From: Actinomycetota bacterium
GTDB taxonomy: Bacteria > Actinomycetota > Actinomycetes > S36-B12 > UBA10799
NCBI GenBank assembly: GCA_020636995.1
Contig: JACJWU010000006.1
Location: forward strand, 217,087-281,086
Length of the DNA stretch: 64,000 nt
Reading direction: 5' to 3'
Shown here: positions 18,954-28,881 of the stretch, one piece after another
Layout of the letters: every line of letters starts with the position of its first letter
Numbering within the stretch: the stretch's first letter is position 1
Made by a program: the position numbers and the translations under genes
Notes under the pieces: generated by a model
What the model saw: only the letters and a program-made list of their open reading frames with translations
The model's database searches: none
What the model was told of the DNA's origin: nothing

Positions 18954-19268
18954 TCAGCCGAGGATCTTCGCCTTCTGCGCGGCGAACTCCTCATCGGTGA
19001 GGATGCCCTGCTCGTGCAGTTCGCCGAGCTGCTTGAGCTGCTCGATCTTGTCATCCATGCCACCGGTGGCCGGTGCGGCAGCGGGGGCGGGCGCTGGCGG
19101 TGCGGCCTGCTGCGGTTGCTGCGGTTGCTGCGGTTGCTGCTGTTGCTGCTCCTGTTGCGCCTTCTTCTCCCAGCGCCCGTACTGACGACGGGAGACGCCG
19201 TTGGAGACGGCGGTCGCGGTTCCGGCGATGACGGCGGTGCGGGCAACGCCGCGGATCAGACCTGGCAT
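18954..19268 (-). CDS. SHOCT domain-containing membrane-associated protein with Q/P-rich linker
   Basis: The C-terminal SHOCT motif is present (LKQLGELHEQGILTDEEFAAQKAKIL). The start ATG overlaps the upstream stop (TGATG). Confidence 0.75.
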   Translation of the reverse strand: MPGLIRGVARTAVIAGTATAVSNGVSRRQYGRWEKKAQQEQQQQQPQQPQQPQQAAPPAPAPAAAPATGGMDDKIEQLKQLGELHEQGILTDEEFAAQKAKILG

Positions 19269-19744
19269 CAGGCGTTCTCCTCTTCCTGGGTTTCGAGTGC
19301 TGCGATGATTGCGTTGATCGGGATGCGGCCGTTGGCGATCAGGTCCGCTCCGGCCTTGCGCAGAGCGGTGGCGAAGGGCGCGGCCCACGTGTTCTCGTAG
19401 ACCAAGATCGCCCCGATCGCACCGGGCGTCATGATCGACGCGGTCTCGGCGATGTCCTCGTCGTCGAGGATGCCGGTCGATGCACCTGCGAAGACCGCCA
19501 GATCGCCTGCCACAGCCTCTTGGATGTCGTTGAGGTCGATGACAGCGACATCGCCGTCAACGCTCTTGGCGATGATCGCCACGTCGAGGATGCGTACGAT
19601 TCCGCGATCCACCAGGTCGATCAGGTGAGGCAGCGCCTCACCGGTCGGGTTTCCGTCGGGGTACTCGACGACGAGGTAGTCGATCGGTCCTAGTTGCACC
19701 TCGTCGGTGGTCTCTTCTGTCATTTCCATCCCTTCGCTGGACAC
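19268..19744 (-). CDS. Conserved hypothetical protein (DUF1269/DUF6325-like fold suspected), co-transcribed with the SHOCT protein
   Basis: The 158-aa acidic protein is translationally coupled to the SHOCT gene. The domain name is recalled from similar SHOCT-adjacent actinobacterial genes and is not verified. Confidence 0.5.
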   Translation of the reverse strand: MSSEGMEMTEETTDEVQLGPIDYLVVEYPDGNPTGEALPHLIDLVDRGIVRILDVAIIAKSVDGDVAVIDLNDIQEAVAGDLAVFAGASTGILDDEDIAETASIMTPGAIGAILVYENTWAAPFATALRKAGADLIANGRIPINAIIAALETQEEENA

Positions 19745-19858
19745 CTCATCGTAAACGGATCCTGGCGCATCGACCCACCCCGTCGTTCGCGCCGGTCAGC
19801 GCAACCGTAGACGGGAGGCGACGAAGTCACCATCACCCGTGCAGGGTGAATCCCGCTG

Positions 19859-20467
19859 GTGCCGCAACACCCACCCACGTACGGCGAGAATAGGACCGTG
19901 CTGCAGGCCGCCCGGGAGATCGCCCATGAGATGTCGCAGGTCGACCGCGCCCTGTACGCCGCCGTGGCAGCGACCCCCACGCCCTATCTCGACGATGGAC
20001 TGCGGAACCTGTCGCGGGCGGCAGACAAGTCCGTCCTGTGGATGGCGGTCGCCGGCGGCATGGCCGCGCTGGGTGGACCCCGTCAACGTCGGGCCGCTGC
20101 AACCGGCCTGGCCAGCATCGGGGTGGCCAGCCTGCTGGTGAACGCCGGTTTCAAGTCACTGGCCCGCCGCAAGCGGCCCGAGCGCCAGGAGGAACCGGGG
20201 GACCGGCACGTGCCCATGCCCTCCTCCACGTCGTTCCCATCGGGACACTCGGCCTCGGCGTTCGCCTTCGCGCAAGGGGTCTCCTCCGTCACACCCGAGT
20301 TGTCCGTCCCACTGCATCTGGCCGCGGTCGCGGTCGCCTACTCACGAGTGCACACCGGCGTTCACTACCCCGGTGATGTCGTAGCAGGCTCCATGATCGG
20401 CATCGTCACGGGTGGCGCGGTGGGCCGGGTATCCGGCCGCCGCGCGGCAAGCAGGCGCACCGTCTGA
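19859..20467 (+). CDS. PAP2 family phosphatase (membrane)
   Basis: PAP2 motifs are present: KxxxxxxRP (KSLARRKRP), PSGH (SFPSGHSA) and SRxxxxxHxxxD (SRVHTGVHYPGD). Confidence 0.85.
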   Translation: MPQHPPTYGENRTVLQAAREIAHEMSQVDRALYAAVAATPTPYLDDGLRNLSRAADKSVLWMAVAGGMAALGGPRQRRAAATGLASIGVASLLVNAGFKSLARRKRPERQEEPGDRHVPMPSSTSFPSGHSASAFAFAQGVSSVTPELSVPLHLAAVAVAYSRVHTGVHYPGDVVAGSMIGIVTGGAVGRVSGRRAASRRTV

Positions 20468-20538
20468 CACGCATGACGTCCGTAACCCTGAACGCCGTGG
20501 GCACGAGTAGCCTATGAGCGCTCTGCAGAGGAGGAACC

Positions 20539-21768
20539 ATGGACGACAACGGCAAGCCCACCCCCGAAGCCGCATTCGGCGATGCCTTGCCCGAGCGCCC
20601 CGACATGGCACCGCCACCCCCGGTGGCCGAGGCGCCCGACTGGATAATGCCCATGGTCCGCAAGATCATCTGGCGGGTCGTGATCGTGCTGCTCGTGACC
20701 GCGCTACTGATCGTGATGGCGCTCAAGGCACGCAACCTCCTGAGCATGCTGTTCATCGCGGGGTTCTTCGGGATCGCGATGGAACCGGCCGTGAATCACC
20801 TCCACATGAAGCGGGGCATGAAACGCGGCGCGGCGACCGGGCTGGTCTTCGTGGTATCGGCGACCTTCCTGCTGGTGCTGGTCTTCGTCATGATCCCCGG
20901 TCTAGTGGCGGTGGCAGGTGAACTGTCCAACAGCCTCAAGGGCGCCATTCCTAAGATCAACGATCAGTTCGGCACCACCTTCCCGACCTCCAAGACCGAC
21001 CCGGCCTTCGCGACGGCGGAGGAGAACGTCAAGAACTGGCTCCAGGACCACGCCACCGATCTGATGGGCTTCGCAGGCAACACGATCGGACTGATGTTCC
21101 AGTTCTTCACCATCGCGATGTTCGCCTTCTACTTCGCGGCCGACGCCCCCCAGATCCGGCGCGCGATCCTGCGCAAGTTCGCCCCCGAGCAACAGCAGCG
21201 ACTCGGCTGGGCCTGGGACACCGCGATCGAACAGACCGGCGGCTACCTCTACTCCCGACTGCTCCTCATGGTGATCAACGGCGGCTTGTTCTTCTTCGTC
21301 ATGCTGCTGGTCGGTGTGTCATGGACGATCGCGCTCCCGATGGCCATCTTCGAGGGTTTCGTGGCAGAGTTCATCCCCGCTGTCGGAACCTACATCGGGG
21401 CTGCCGTGCCGATCCTTTTCACCTTGGTCATCCAGGGCCTGACCGCTGCGGTCATCCTGCTGATCTGGACGCTGATCTACCAGCAGTTGGAAAACTACTT
21501 CCTCAGCCCGAAGATCAGCGCGAAGACCATGGAGATCAACGGTGGAGTCGCGTTCGGGGCGGCCATCGCCGGCGGTGCGATCGGCGGCCCGATGCTCGCA
21601 TTCATGTCACTGCCGATCGCAGCACTGATCACGTCCTTCGTGAAGAACTTCTCGCGCCGCTATCCGCTGACGTACTTCTCGCCCTACGACGGCGATTACA
21701 CCGAGAAGGACGAGGACGCGGCGATCGAGGCCAACCCGCATGTGGTGCGCGAGGTGCCCCAGGACTGA
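20539..21768 (+). CDS. AI-2E family transporter (PerM/UPF0118), paralog 2
   Basis: The 409-aa protein aligns without gaps to 15366..16619. By eye, roughly four of five residues are identical. Confidence 0.85.
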   Translation: MDDNGKPTPEAAFGDALPERPDMAPPPPVAEAPDWIMPMVRKIIWRVVIVLLVTALLIVMALKARNLLSMLFIAGFFGIAMEPAVNHLHMKRGMKRGAATGLVFVVSATFLLVLVFVMIPGLVAVAGELSNSLKGAIPKINDQFGTTFPTSKTDPAFATAEENVKNWLQDHATDLMGFAGNTIGLMFQFFTIAMFAFYFAADAPQIRRAILRKFAPEQQQRLGWAWDTAIEQTGGYLYSRLLLMVINGGLFFFVMLLVGVSWTIALPMAIFEGFVAEFIPAVGTYIGAAVPILFTLVIQGLTAAVILLIWTLIYQQLENYFLSPKISAKTMEINGGVAFGAAIAGGAIGGPMLAFMSLPIAALITSFVKNFSRRYPLTYFSPYDGDYTEKDEDAAIEANPHVVREVPQD

Positions 21769-21793
21769 TGCCGGAACCCGCCCACCTGGGCAG

Positions 21794-22195
21794 TCAGCGC
21801 AGTTCCGCAGCTGCCTGCGCGATGACCTCCGGGTCGCCCGGGGTCGGGATCCATGGCAGTTCCAGCCCGTCGTTGCCCTCGTACCGGGGCACGACGTGGA
21901 TGTGGAAGTGGAACACCGTCTGCCAGGCCGCGCTCCCGCAGGCGTTGACCAGGTTCACCCCGTCGGCGTCGAGGCGATCGATGGCACGCCGGGCGATCTG
22001 TTTCGCCAGCGCCGTACAGCGGGCGAGGTCGTCCTCATCGATCTCCATGAGGTCGGCGGCATGCTTCTTCGGGATGACAAGTGCGTGCCCCCGGGTGGCG
22101 GGGTTGATGTCCATGAACGCCAGCGTGTGGTCGGTCTCGGCGATCACGGTGGCCGGCAGGTCACCGGCGACGATGGCGCAGAAGATGCACGTCAT
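21794..22195 (-). CDS. HIT family (histidine triad) protein
   Basis: It has the HIT motif HFHIHVVP and N-terminal CIFCAI. I chose ATG 22195; the track ORF extends to 22225. Confidence 0.9.
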   Translation of the reverse strand: MTCIFCAIVAGDLPATVIAETDHTLAFMDINPATRGHALVIPKKHAADLMEIDEDDLARCTALAKQIARRAIDRLDADGVNLVNACGSAAWQTVFHFHIHVVPRYEGNDGLELPWIPTPGDPEVIAQAAAELR

Positions 22196-22218
22196 GGCGT
22201 GAGCATAGGCTGTCCGAC

Positions 22219-23280
22219 GTGGCACCGCCCCTGAAGGACCAGTTCGGCCCGGCAGTGGTCGAGCGGATAGCCGACACCCTGCCGGTCGACCGCGATTCGT
22301 TCATCGCCGCCTGCCTGTCCGGGTTCGCGGATCTCGAACTCATGGCCCGTGCCCGCCACGTCGCCGACGTCATGCACACCCACCTCGACCCTGATCCCGC
22401 TGTGGCCGTGCAGCAGGTTCACACCGCGATCGGGACCGAACGGCTTCCCGGGATGTCCGCCTTCTTCTACAACCCGCACTCGGCGTTCATCGGGGCCTAC
22501 GGACTGCCTGCGTTCGACGCATCGATGGCCGCGATGTACGACCTCACGAAGGTCTTCACCGCCGAGTTCTGCGTCCGTCCCTTCCTCCAGGAGGACCCCC
22601 GCACGATGGACCATCTGCGGGCTTGGGCAGGCGACCCCGATGAGCATGTGCGGCGTTTGGTGAGCGAGGGAACCCGACCGCGGCTGCCCTGGGCCCAGCG
22701 ACTGCCTGGCTTCATCGCCGATCCGCAGCCCGTCATCGAGTTACTGGACCTACTGAAGGATGACGGCTCGGACTATGTGCTGCGCTCGGTCGGCAACAAC
22801 CTGAACGACATCTCCAAGGACCATCCAGAGCTGGCCGTCGAGGTGGCCTCCCGATGGTCGCCGGGGCGCGCAGCGCTGATCCGGCGAGGGTTGCGGACTC
22901 TGATCAAAGACGGCGACCCGGCGGCTCTGGCCGTCCTGGGCTACGCGCCGAACCCGGCGACCGCCCACGCGGACCTGCCGACCGAGATCGCCATCGGAGA
23001 CACGCTGCCCCTTGCTGTGGAACTACGGGGGCACGGGAAGGTCCTGCTGGACATCGCCGTGCACTTCGTGAAGGCCAACGGAACCACCTCCCGCAAGATC
23101 TTCAAAGGCGGTGAGGTCGACCTGGCGGGAACGGCCGTGATCCGCCGGACCATCAGTTTCGCCCAGCACAGCACACGCCGTCACTATCCAGGGCCGCACC
23201 GGGTCGAGGCGCTCATCAATGGCCGGACGCAGGAACTCGGTGTCGTGCAGGTCCGGCCAACGCCGGTTTCCCCCGCGTAG
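22219..23280 (+). CDS. DNA alkylation repair protein (AlkC-like HEAT-like repeat glycosylase family)
   Basis: It shows the family pattern (RRLVSEGTRPRLPW, YVLRSVGNNLNDISKDHPE) and is about 350 aa. The start is GTG. Confidence 0.7.
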   Translation: MAPPLKDQFGPAVVERIADTLPVDRDSFIAACLSGFADLELMARARHVADVMHTHLDPDPAVAVQQVHTAIGTERLPGMSAFFYNPHSAFIGAYGLPAFDASMAAMYDLTKVFTAEFCVRPFLQEDPRTMDHLRAWAGDPDEHVRRLVSEGTRPRLPWAQRLPGFIADPQPVIELLDLLKDDGSDYVLRSVGNNLNDISKDHPELAVEVASRWSPGRAALIRRGLRTLIKDGDPAALAVLGYAPNPATAHADLPTEIAIGDTLPLAVELRGHGKVLLDIAVHFVKANGTTSRKIFKGGEVDLAGTAVIRRTISFAQHSTRRHYPGPHRVEALINGRTQELGVVQVRPTPVSPA

Positions 23281-23331
23281 GGTGATCCCCGGACGACCCG
23301 GACTGCAGCAGTCTGGGCACGGGAGGTCGAC

Positions 23332-24651
23332 ATGAGTGACGCCACCGGTGACGCGCAGATCCAGCAACTGCAGGAGCAGGTCGCGCAGTTGCAGAGCGAA
23401 CTGGACTCGAAGCCGAGAGGGCACTGGATCCGGACGTTCTGGTCCACCGTGCTGATCGTGGTCGCGGTGATCCTGGCACCGCTGTCGGTGGTCTCCGTCT
23501 GGGCCCGCGGCGAAGTCACCGACACTCAACGCTATGTGGCGACGATGGCACCCCTGGCCGAGAACCCCGCCATCCAGGACGCGGTCGCCACGCGGATCAC
23601 CGACGAGATCTTCACGTACATCGATGTCTCAGCATTGGCCAACGAGGCGATCAGCACTCTCACATCGAACCGTGACCTCAATGCCCGGCAGACCGCCGCG
23701 CTGGAGGCACTCGCGGGCCCGCTGACCCAGGGGGTCGAGTCGTACACCGCGGATGCCGTGAACAAGGTGGTGCGTTCAGAGCAGTTCGCCGCCGCATGGA
23801 ACGAGGCCAACACCCGCGTCCACGAGCGGCTCAACGCCGCCCTGACCGGCGACAACACGGACAACGCCGTGATGATCGAGAACAACCAGGTGGTCCTTGA
23901 TCTCGGAAACCTGATCACGCAGGTCAAGCAGATCCTGATCAGCAGGGGCTTCACCGTGGCGGAGCGGATCCCGACCACCGATGCCACCATCGTTCTGTTC
24001 GACGTGCCCAATGCCGCCACCGTGCAGACCGCCTACAACCTACTCAACACCGTGGGCTTCTGGCTGCCGATCATCGCGATGGTCCTCGCGCTCGTGGGCG
24101 TGTTCGTGTGCCACACCCCACGTAAGGCGTTGACCTGGCTCGGCTTCGGGCTCATGCTCTCCATGGCACTGGCCGTGTTACTGCTCGCCGTCGGCCGGAC
24201 CGCCTATCTCGCCGAACTCCCGGACACCGTCAACTCGCAGGCGGCGATGGCCCTGTTCGATCAACTCACCGGATTCCTCAGGCAATCGTTGTGGGCAGGC
24301 GCAGCCGCGGGCCTGGTGCTCTTCCTCGCGGGATTGCTCCTTGGGCCGAATGCGTTGTCGACTGCGATCAGGTCGCTCCCGGTGGCTGCCGCCGCGGCGA
24401 TCCAGCGCGGACTCGACGGTGTGGGCCTGCACATGGAGGGTGCCCGCGGGTGGGTGGCGGCCCAAGCCACCGGGCTGCGGATCGCGGTGTCGCTGGCCGG
24501 CCTGGTCTTCGTGATGCTGCAGCGCTACAAGACCCCGGAGTTGATCCTGTGGACCACAGTCGGGGTGTTGGCCGTGCTGTTCGTGATCCAGATCCTCGCC
24601 TCCGGAACCGAGGAGGAGGAGATCGTGGTGGTCGAAGAGGTGCGGGCCTAG
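23332..24651 (+). CDS. Hypothetical integral membrane protein (coiled-coil N-terminus, acidic C-terminus)
   Basis: The 439-aa ORF has a TM helix after a Q-rich N-terminus and several C-terminal TM helices. I recognise no family. Confidence 0.6.
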   Translation: MSDATGDAQIQQLQEQVAQLQSELDSKPRGHWIRTFWSTVLIVVAVILAPLSVVSVWARGEVTDTQRYVATMAPLAENPAIQDAVATRITDEIFTYIDVSALANEAISTLTSNRDLNARQTAALEALAGPLTQGVESYTADAVNKVVRSEQFAAAWNEANTRVHERLNAALTGDNTDNAVMIENNQVVLDLGNLITQVKQILISRGFTVAERIPTTDATIVLFDVPNAATVQTAYNLLNTVGFWLPIIAMVLALVGVFVCHTPRKALTWLGFGLMLSMALAVLLLAVGRTAYLAELPDTVNSQAAMALFDQLTGFLRQSLWAGAAAGLVLFLAGLLLGPNALSTAIRSLPVAAAAAIQRGLDGVGLHMEGARGWVAAQATGLRIAVSLAGLVFVMLQRYKTPELILWTTVGVLAVLFVIQILASGTEEEEIVVVEEVRA

Positions 24652-24669
24652 CTGCGCCCTATCCCCCAG

Positions 24670-24778
24670 CACAGCCGTTAGCACTTCTCGCCCATCACAG
24701 CCGTTAGCACTTCGCAGATCCGTTAGCGGTTGCGCGCCGCCGACACGCTCACCGATCTCGGAAGTGCTAACGGCTATG
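24670..24778. repeat. asd-leader repeat set: two direct arms plus one inverted arm (CACAGCCGTTAGCACTTC)
   Basis: Identical 18-mers lie at 24670..24687 and 24696..24713. A degenerate CCGTTAGCGG lies at 24720..24729. The inverted copy GAAGTGCTAACGGCTATG lies at 24761..24778. Confidence 0.85.
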
Positions 24779-24786
24779 CCTTGGGT

Positions 24787-24864
24787 CACCGGCCGCCCTG
24801 GCCACCCCCCTGCCCTGGCCACCCGCCTGCCCTGGGCCACCGGCCGCCCTGGGCCACCGGCCGC
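24787..24864. repeat. Tandem repeat of about 17 bp (CCACCGGCCGCCCTGGG-like), about 4.5 units
   Basis: The units are CCACCGGCCGCCCTGG / CCACCCCCCTGCCCTGG / CCACCCGCCTGCCCTGGG / CCACCGGCCGCCCTGGG / CCACCGGCCGCG. The repeat ends 47 nt before the asd ATG. Confidence 0.8.
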
Positions 24865-24868
24865 GTAA

Positions 24869-25930
<1,062 letters not shown>

Positions 25931-25949
25931 GCCACTGGCCGCTCACCGA

Positions 25950-26072
25950 CCCTTTGTGACGTTGTTGCGCCCTTCAAGGGACGGTTTGTGACGAAGGTGC
26001 GGGCCGTCACCGGGCATGGCCAGCAACAACGTGACAATGCGGTCGAAAGGGCCGACAACTTCGTCACAATCG
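25950..26072. repeat. Composite inverted repeat, same family as 334..457
   Basis: TTTGTGACGTTGTTGC (25953..25968) pairs with GCAACAACGTGACAAT (26023..26038). TTTGTGACGAAGGTGCGGG (25985..26003) pairs with CCGACAACTTCGTCACAAT (26052..26070). Confidence 0.8.
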
Positions 26073-26103
26073 GGGCAGCACGCGAGGCGGGCAGGGGCCG
26101 TGG

Positions 26104-28257
26104 TCAGACCTTCCGCACCTCGACGGGAACGGACTTGAACGCCGGAGTCTTGGACTCCGGGTCGAGCCGGGCATCGACCAGGACGTTGGCCTCCGGGTAG
26201 TACATGGCCACCGCGTGCCGGGCGATGTCGACGATCGCCGCGTGGACCCGCATCGTCCCGACCGCGGACGACACCTCGACCCGGTCCCCCTCTCGCAACC
26301 CGAGCAGCGCGGCATCCACCGCGTTCAGCATCACCACGTCGCGACGGCCATTGCCCCGGTAGAGGTCCTCCTCGTCGTACACGACCGTGTTGAACTGGCC
26401 CTCCGAACGGATCGTCATCAAGCGGAAGCCATCCGGAGCCGGCGGTACGTCGACCACGTGGAAGCGTGCCCGACCGTCTTCGGTGGCGAAATGCGGTTCG
26501 TGGAAGGTCCGGCCGGACACCTGGAACTCGCCGTCGGCGGCGATCCGGTCGATCGCCTCGTAGCCGGGGACCACCGCCGCGATCCCAGCCCGCAGTCCGG
26601 CATGGGAGCGCAGCGCGTTCCAGTCGAATCGGTCACTGCCCAACGCACCGGCGGCGAGCGACGCCAGCACATCGGTCTCCGAACGCAACTCCCCCTCGAC
26701 ACTCGGCTGCCCCCCTTCGGAAAGCCGCACGTAGTTGAACATCGACTCCTGGGTGGTGGCCTGCTGCTCCTCGTCCCTGGCGAGCACCGGCAGGATCACC
26801 GCGGTACGGCCGTTGCCATGGAAATGCCCCGGGTTCAACTTCGTGGTCAACGACACGGTGGTCCCGATGTTCTGCAGCGCCTGGGATGCCCACGCGCTGT
26901 CGGGGTTGCTTCCCCACAGGTTGCCGCCCACGAGCACCGCGACGTCGACATCGCCCGCCAGTGCGGCCTGCATCGATGCGAACGTGTCCTGCCCGGAGGG
27001 CTGCGCGGTGATCCCGTAACGCTGCTCCAACTCCTGCGCGAACGCCGCCTTCAGCGTCGGCGAGACGCCCATGGATCCGACCCCCTGCACGTTCGAGTGC
27101 CCGCGGATCGGCATGAGCCCCGCACCGGGGCGGCCGAGGAAACCCCGCGCCAGCGCAAGGTTCCCCAACGCGCGGATATTGTCCGTGCCGTGCTCGTGGT
27201 GGGTCAACCCCATGGACCACATGAAGATGCCGCGGCGTGCCTGGGACACCAGCGCGGCTGCCTGCCGGATCTGTGCAAGCGGCACCCCACTACTCTCGTC
27301 GAGCCCGGACAGGTCCACGTCTGCGAGGAACTCGCGCAGCGGCTCCGCACCGCTGGTGTGCTCGGCCACGAAACCCTCGTCCCAGTCGACGAGTGCGAGC
27401 AACGCCGTGAACAGCGCGATGTCACCCCCGATGCGCGGCTGCAGGTACAGATCACTGACCTGGGACCCTGCAGCGAGGCTGCGCGCGTCCGAGGGCAGCC
27501 GGAATCGGCGCAACCCCAACTCCGACAGCGGGTTGACGACGATCACCTTCCCGCCGCGCCGACGCAACGTGATCAGTTGTGTCACCAGCCGCGGGTGGTT
27601 GCTCGCCGGGTTGGCACCGGCGACGATCACCAGATCGGCCTTCGACAGGTCGTCCAGCGTCGTCGACGCCGTTCCGCTTCCGTAGATGTCGGTGAGGGCG
27701 ACGGTCGAGGCGTTGTGGCAGTAGAACGAGCAGTTGTGGATGTTCGGTGATCCGTAGGCTCGCGCGATCAGTTGCATCAGAAAGGCCGACTCGTTGCCGG
27801 ATCGACCGCTGGCGTACCAGAACGTGCGGTCCGGCTGTGTCGTACGCAGGGCGTCACCGCCGACGCGCAGGGCCTCGTCCCACGTGACCCGCTCGAAGCG
27901 ATCTGCTCCGGGTCGCAGGGCGATCGGGAAACCGAGTCGGCCCAGATTCTCGGCCTGCGCGCTGCTCAGCCGACGCAGCGCTGTGAGGTCGTGGGCGCGG
28001 AAGTACGACTCCGGGATCGCCGGCTGCATGTCGGCCGCCTGCGCCTGTACCGACTTCTTGCAGACCTCCGGGAAGTGGCCTACCTCGTTAACCATTCCGC
28101 CGTTCTGACCGCCCATCCCCAGCGCGCATGTCTTGCACGTGTTCTTCGACTTCAGCCGTTTGAGCGTGTCGCTGAACTCCCCCGTGCCCCAGGCCTTGCG
28201 CATGACGTATGCGATCGCCGGCAGTCCACCGGCGGCGTTCACCCTCGGTCGCGCCAT
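26104..28257 (-). CDS. FdhF/YdeP family molybdopterin oxidoreductase
   Basis: The N-terminal pattern is typical of the YdeP family (AGGLPAIAYVMRKAW...CKTCALGMGGQ.GGM.NE.G...EVCKKS). The protein is about 715 aa. The start is either ATG 28257 or GTG 28266. Confidence 0.85.
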   Translation of the reverse strand: MARPRVNAAGGLPAIAYVMRKAWGTGEFSDTLKRLKSKNTCKTCALGMGGQNGGMVNEVGHFPEVCKKSVQAQAADMQPAIPESYFRAHDLTALRRLSSAQAENLGRLGFPIALRPGADRFERVTWDEALRVGGDALRTTQPDRTFWYASGRSGNESAFLMQLIARAYGSPNIHNCSFYCHNASTVALTDIYGSGTASTTLDDLSKADLVIVAGANPASNHPRLVTQLITLRRRGGKVIVVNPLSELGLRRFRLPSDARSLAAGSQVSDLYLQPRIGGDIALFTALLALVDWDEGFVAEHTSGAEPLREFLADVDLSGLDESSGVPLAQIRQAAALVSQARRGIFMWSMGLTHHEHGTDNIRALGNLALARGFLGRPGAGLMPIRGHSNVQGVGSMGVSPTLKAAFAQELEQRYGITAQPSGQDTFASMQAALAGDVDVAVLVGGNLWGSNPDSAWASQALQNIGTTVSLTTKLNPGHFHGNGRTAVILPVLARDEEQQATTQESMFNYVRLSEGGQPSVEGELRSETDVLASLAAGALGSDRFDWNALRSHAGLRAGIAAVVPGYEAIDRIAADGEFQVSGRTFHEPHFATEDGRARFHVVDVPPAPDGFRLMTIRSEGQFNTVVYDEEDLYRGNGRRDVVMLNAVDAALLGLREGDRVEVSSAVGTMRVHAAIVDIARHAVAMYYPEANVLVDARLDPESKTPAFKSVPVEVRKV

Positions 28258-28345
28258 GGGGACCACCGTAAACGCTCACCCCCGATGGGGGAGCCGTAGC
28301 GGGTCGACAAGGCGCACACTTGTGAGGACCGGGAAGGGACGACAC

Positions 28346-28879
28346 ATGGGATTGCGGGACAGGATTCAGGAGCGCAGGGCCGACAACAGCGGCGAGCAGT
28401 TCTTCACGATGCGCCAGAAGCTGCTGTCGATCGGGGATGACTTCTGGATCGAGGACAACAACGGCAACCGGGTCTTCAAGGTCGACGGCAAGGCGTTGCG
28501 TGTGCGGGAGACACTCAAGTTCGAGGACGCCCAAGGCAACGAGTTGCTCAAGATCCAGGAGCGCATCGCACGGGTGCGCGACACGATGAAGATCGAGGAT
28601 GCCAGCGGCAACACAGTGGCAACCGTCAAGAAAGCCATGATCACGCCGCTGCGGGAGCGTTGGCACGTGGACACGCCCAACGGCGACCTGAAGGTCCAGG
28701 GCAACATCGTCGATCACGAATACGAGATCGAAGCCAACGGCCAGAAGGTCGCGGAGGTCTCGAAGCGCTGGCTGCGGGTCGCGGACTCCTACGGGGTGCA
28801 GGTGGCTCCGGGACAGAACGCAGTGCTGATGCTGGCCATCGTGGCCATCCTCGACGAGATGGCACACCCGGACCGCTGA
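28346..28879 (+). CDS. LURP-one-related (DUF567, tubby C-terminal-like) family protein
   Basis: The 177-aa protein has the repeating beta-strand pattern typical of the family (FFTMRQKLLSIGDDFWIEDNNGNRVFKVDGK...). ATG 28346 follows GGGAAGGGA. Confidence 0.7.
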   Translation: MGLRDRIQERRADNSGEQFFTMRQKLLSIGDDFWIEDNNGNRVFKVDGKALRVRETLKFEDAQGNELLKIQERIARVRDTMKIEDASGNTVATVKKAMITPLRERWHVDTPNGDLKVQGNIVDHEYEIEANGQKVAEVSKRWLRVADSYGVQVAPGQNAVLMLAIVAILDEMAHPDR

Positions 28880-28881
28880 GG

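Noticed and set aside
24787-24864. Tandem repeats here and at 33687..33830, considered as possible CRISPR arrays.
   Set aside because: The periods are 17 and 12 bp with no unique spacers, and no cas genes are present in the window.
26104-28266. Selenocysteine (in-frame TGA) in the formate-dehydrogenase-like molybdoenzyme.
   Set aside because: The ORF is continuous with no in-frame stop, and the N-terminal pattern is that of the YdeP family, which is not a selenoprotein family.
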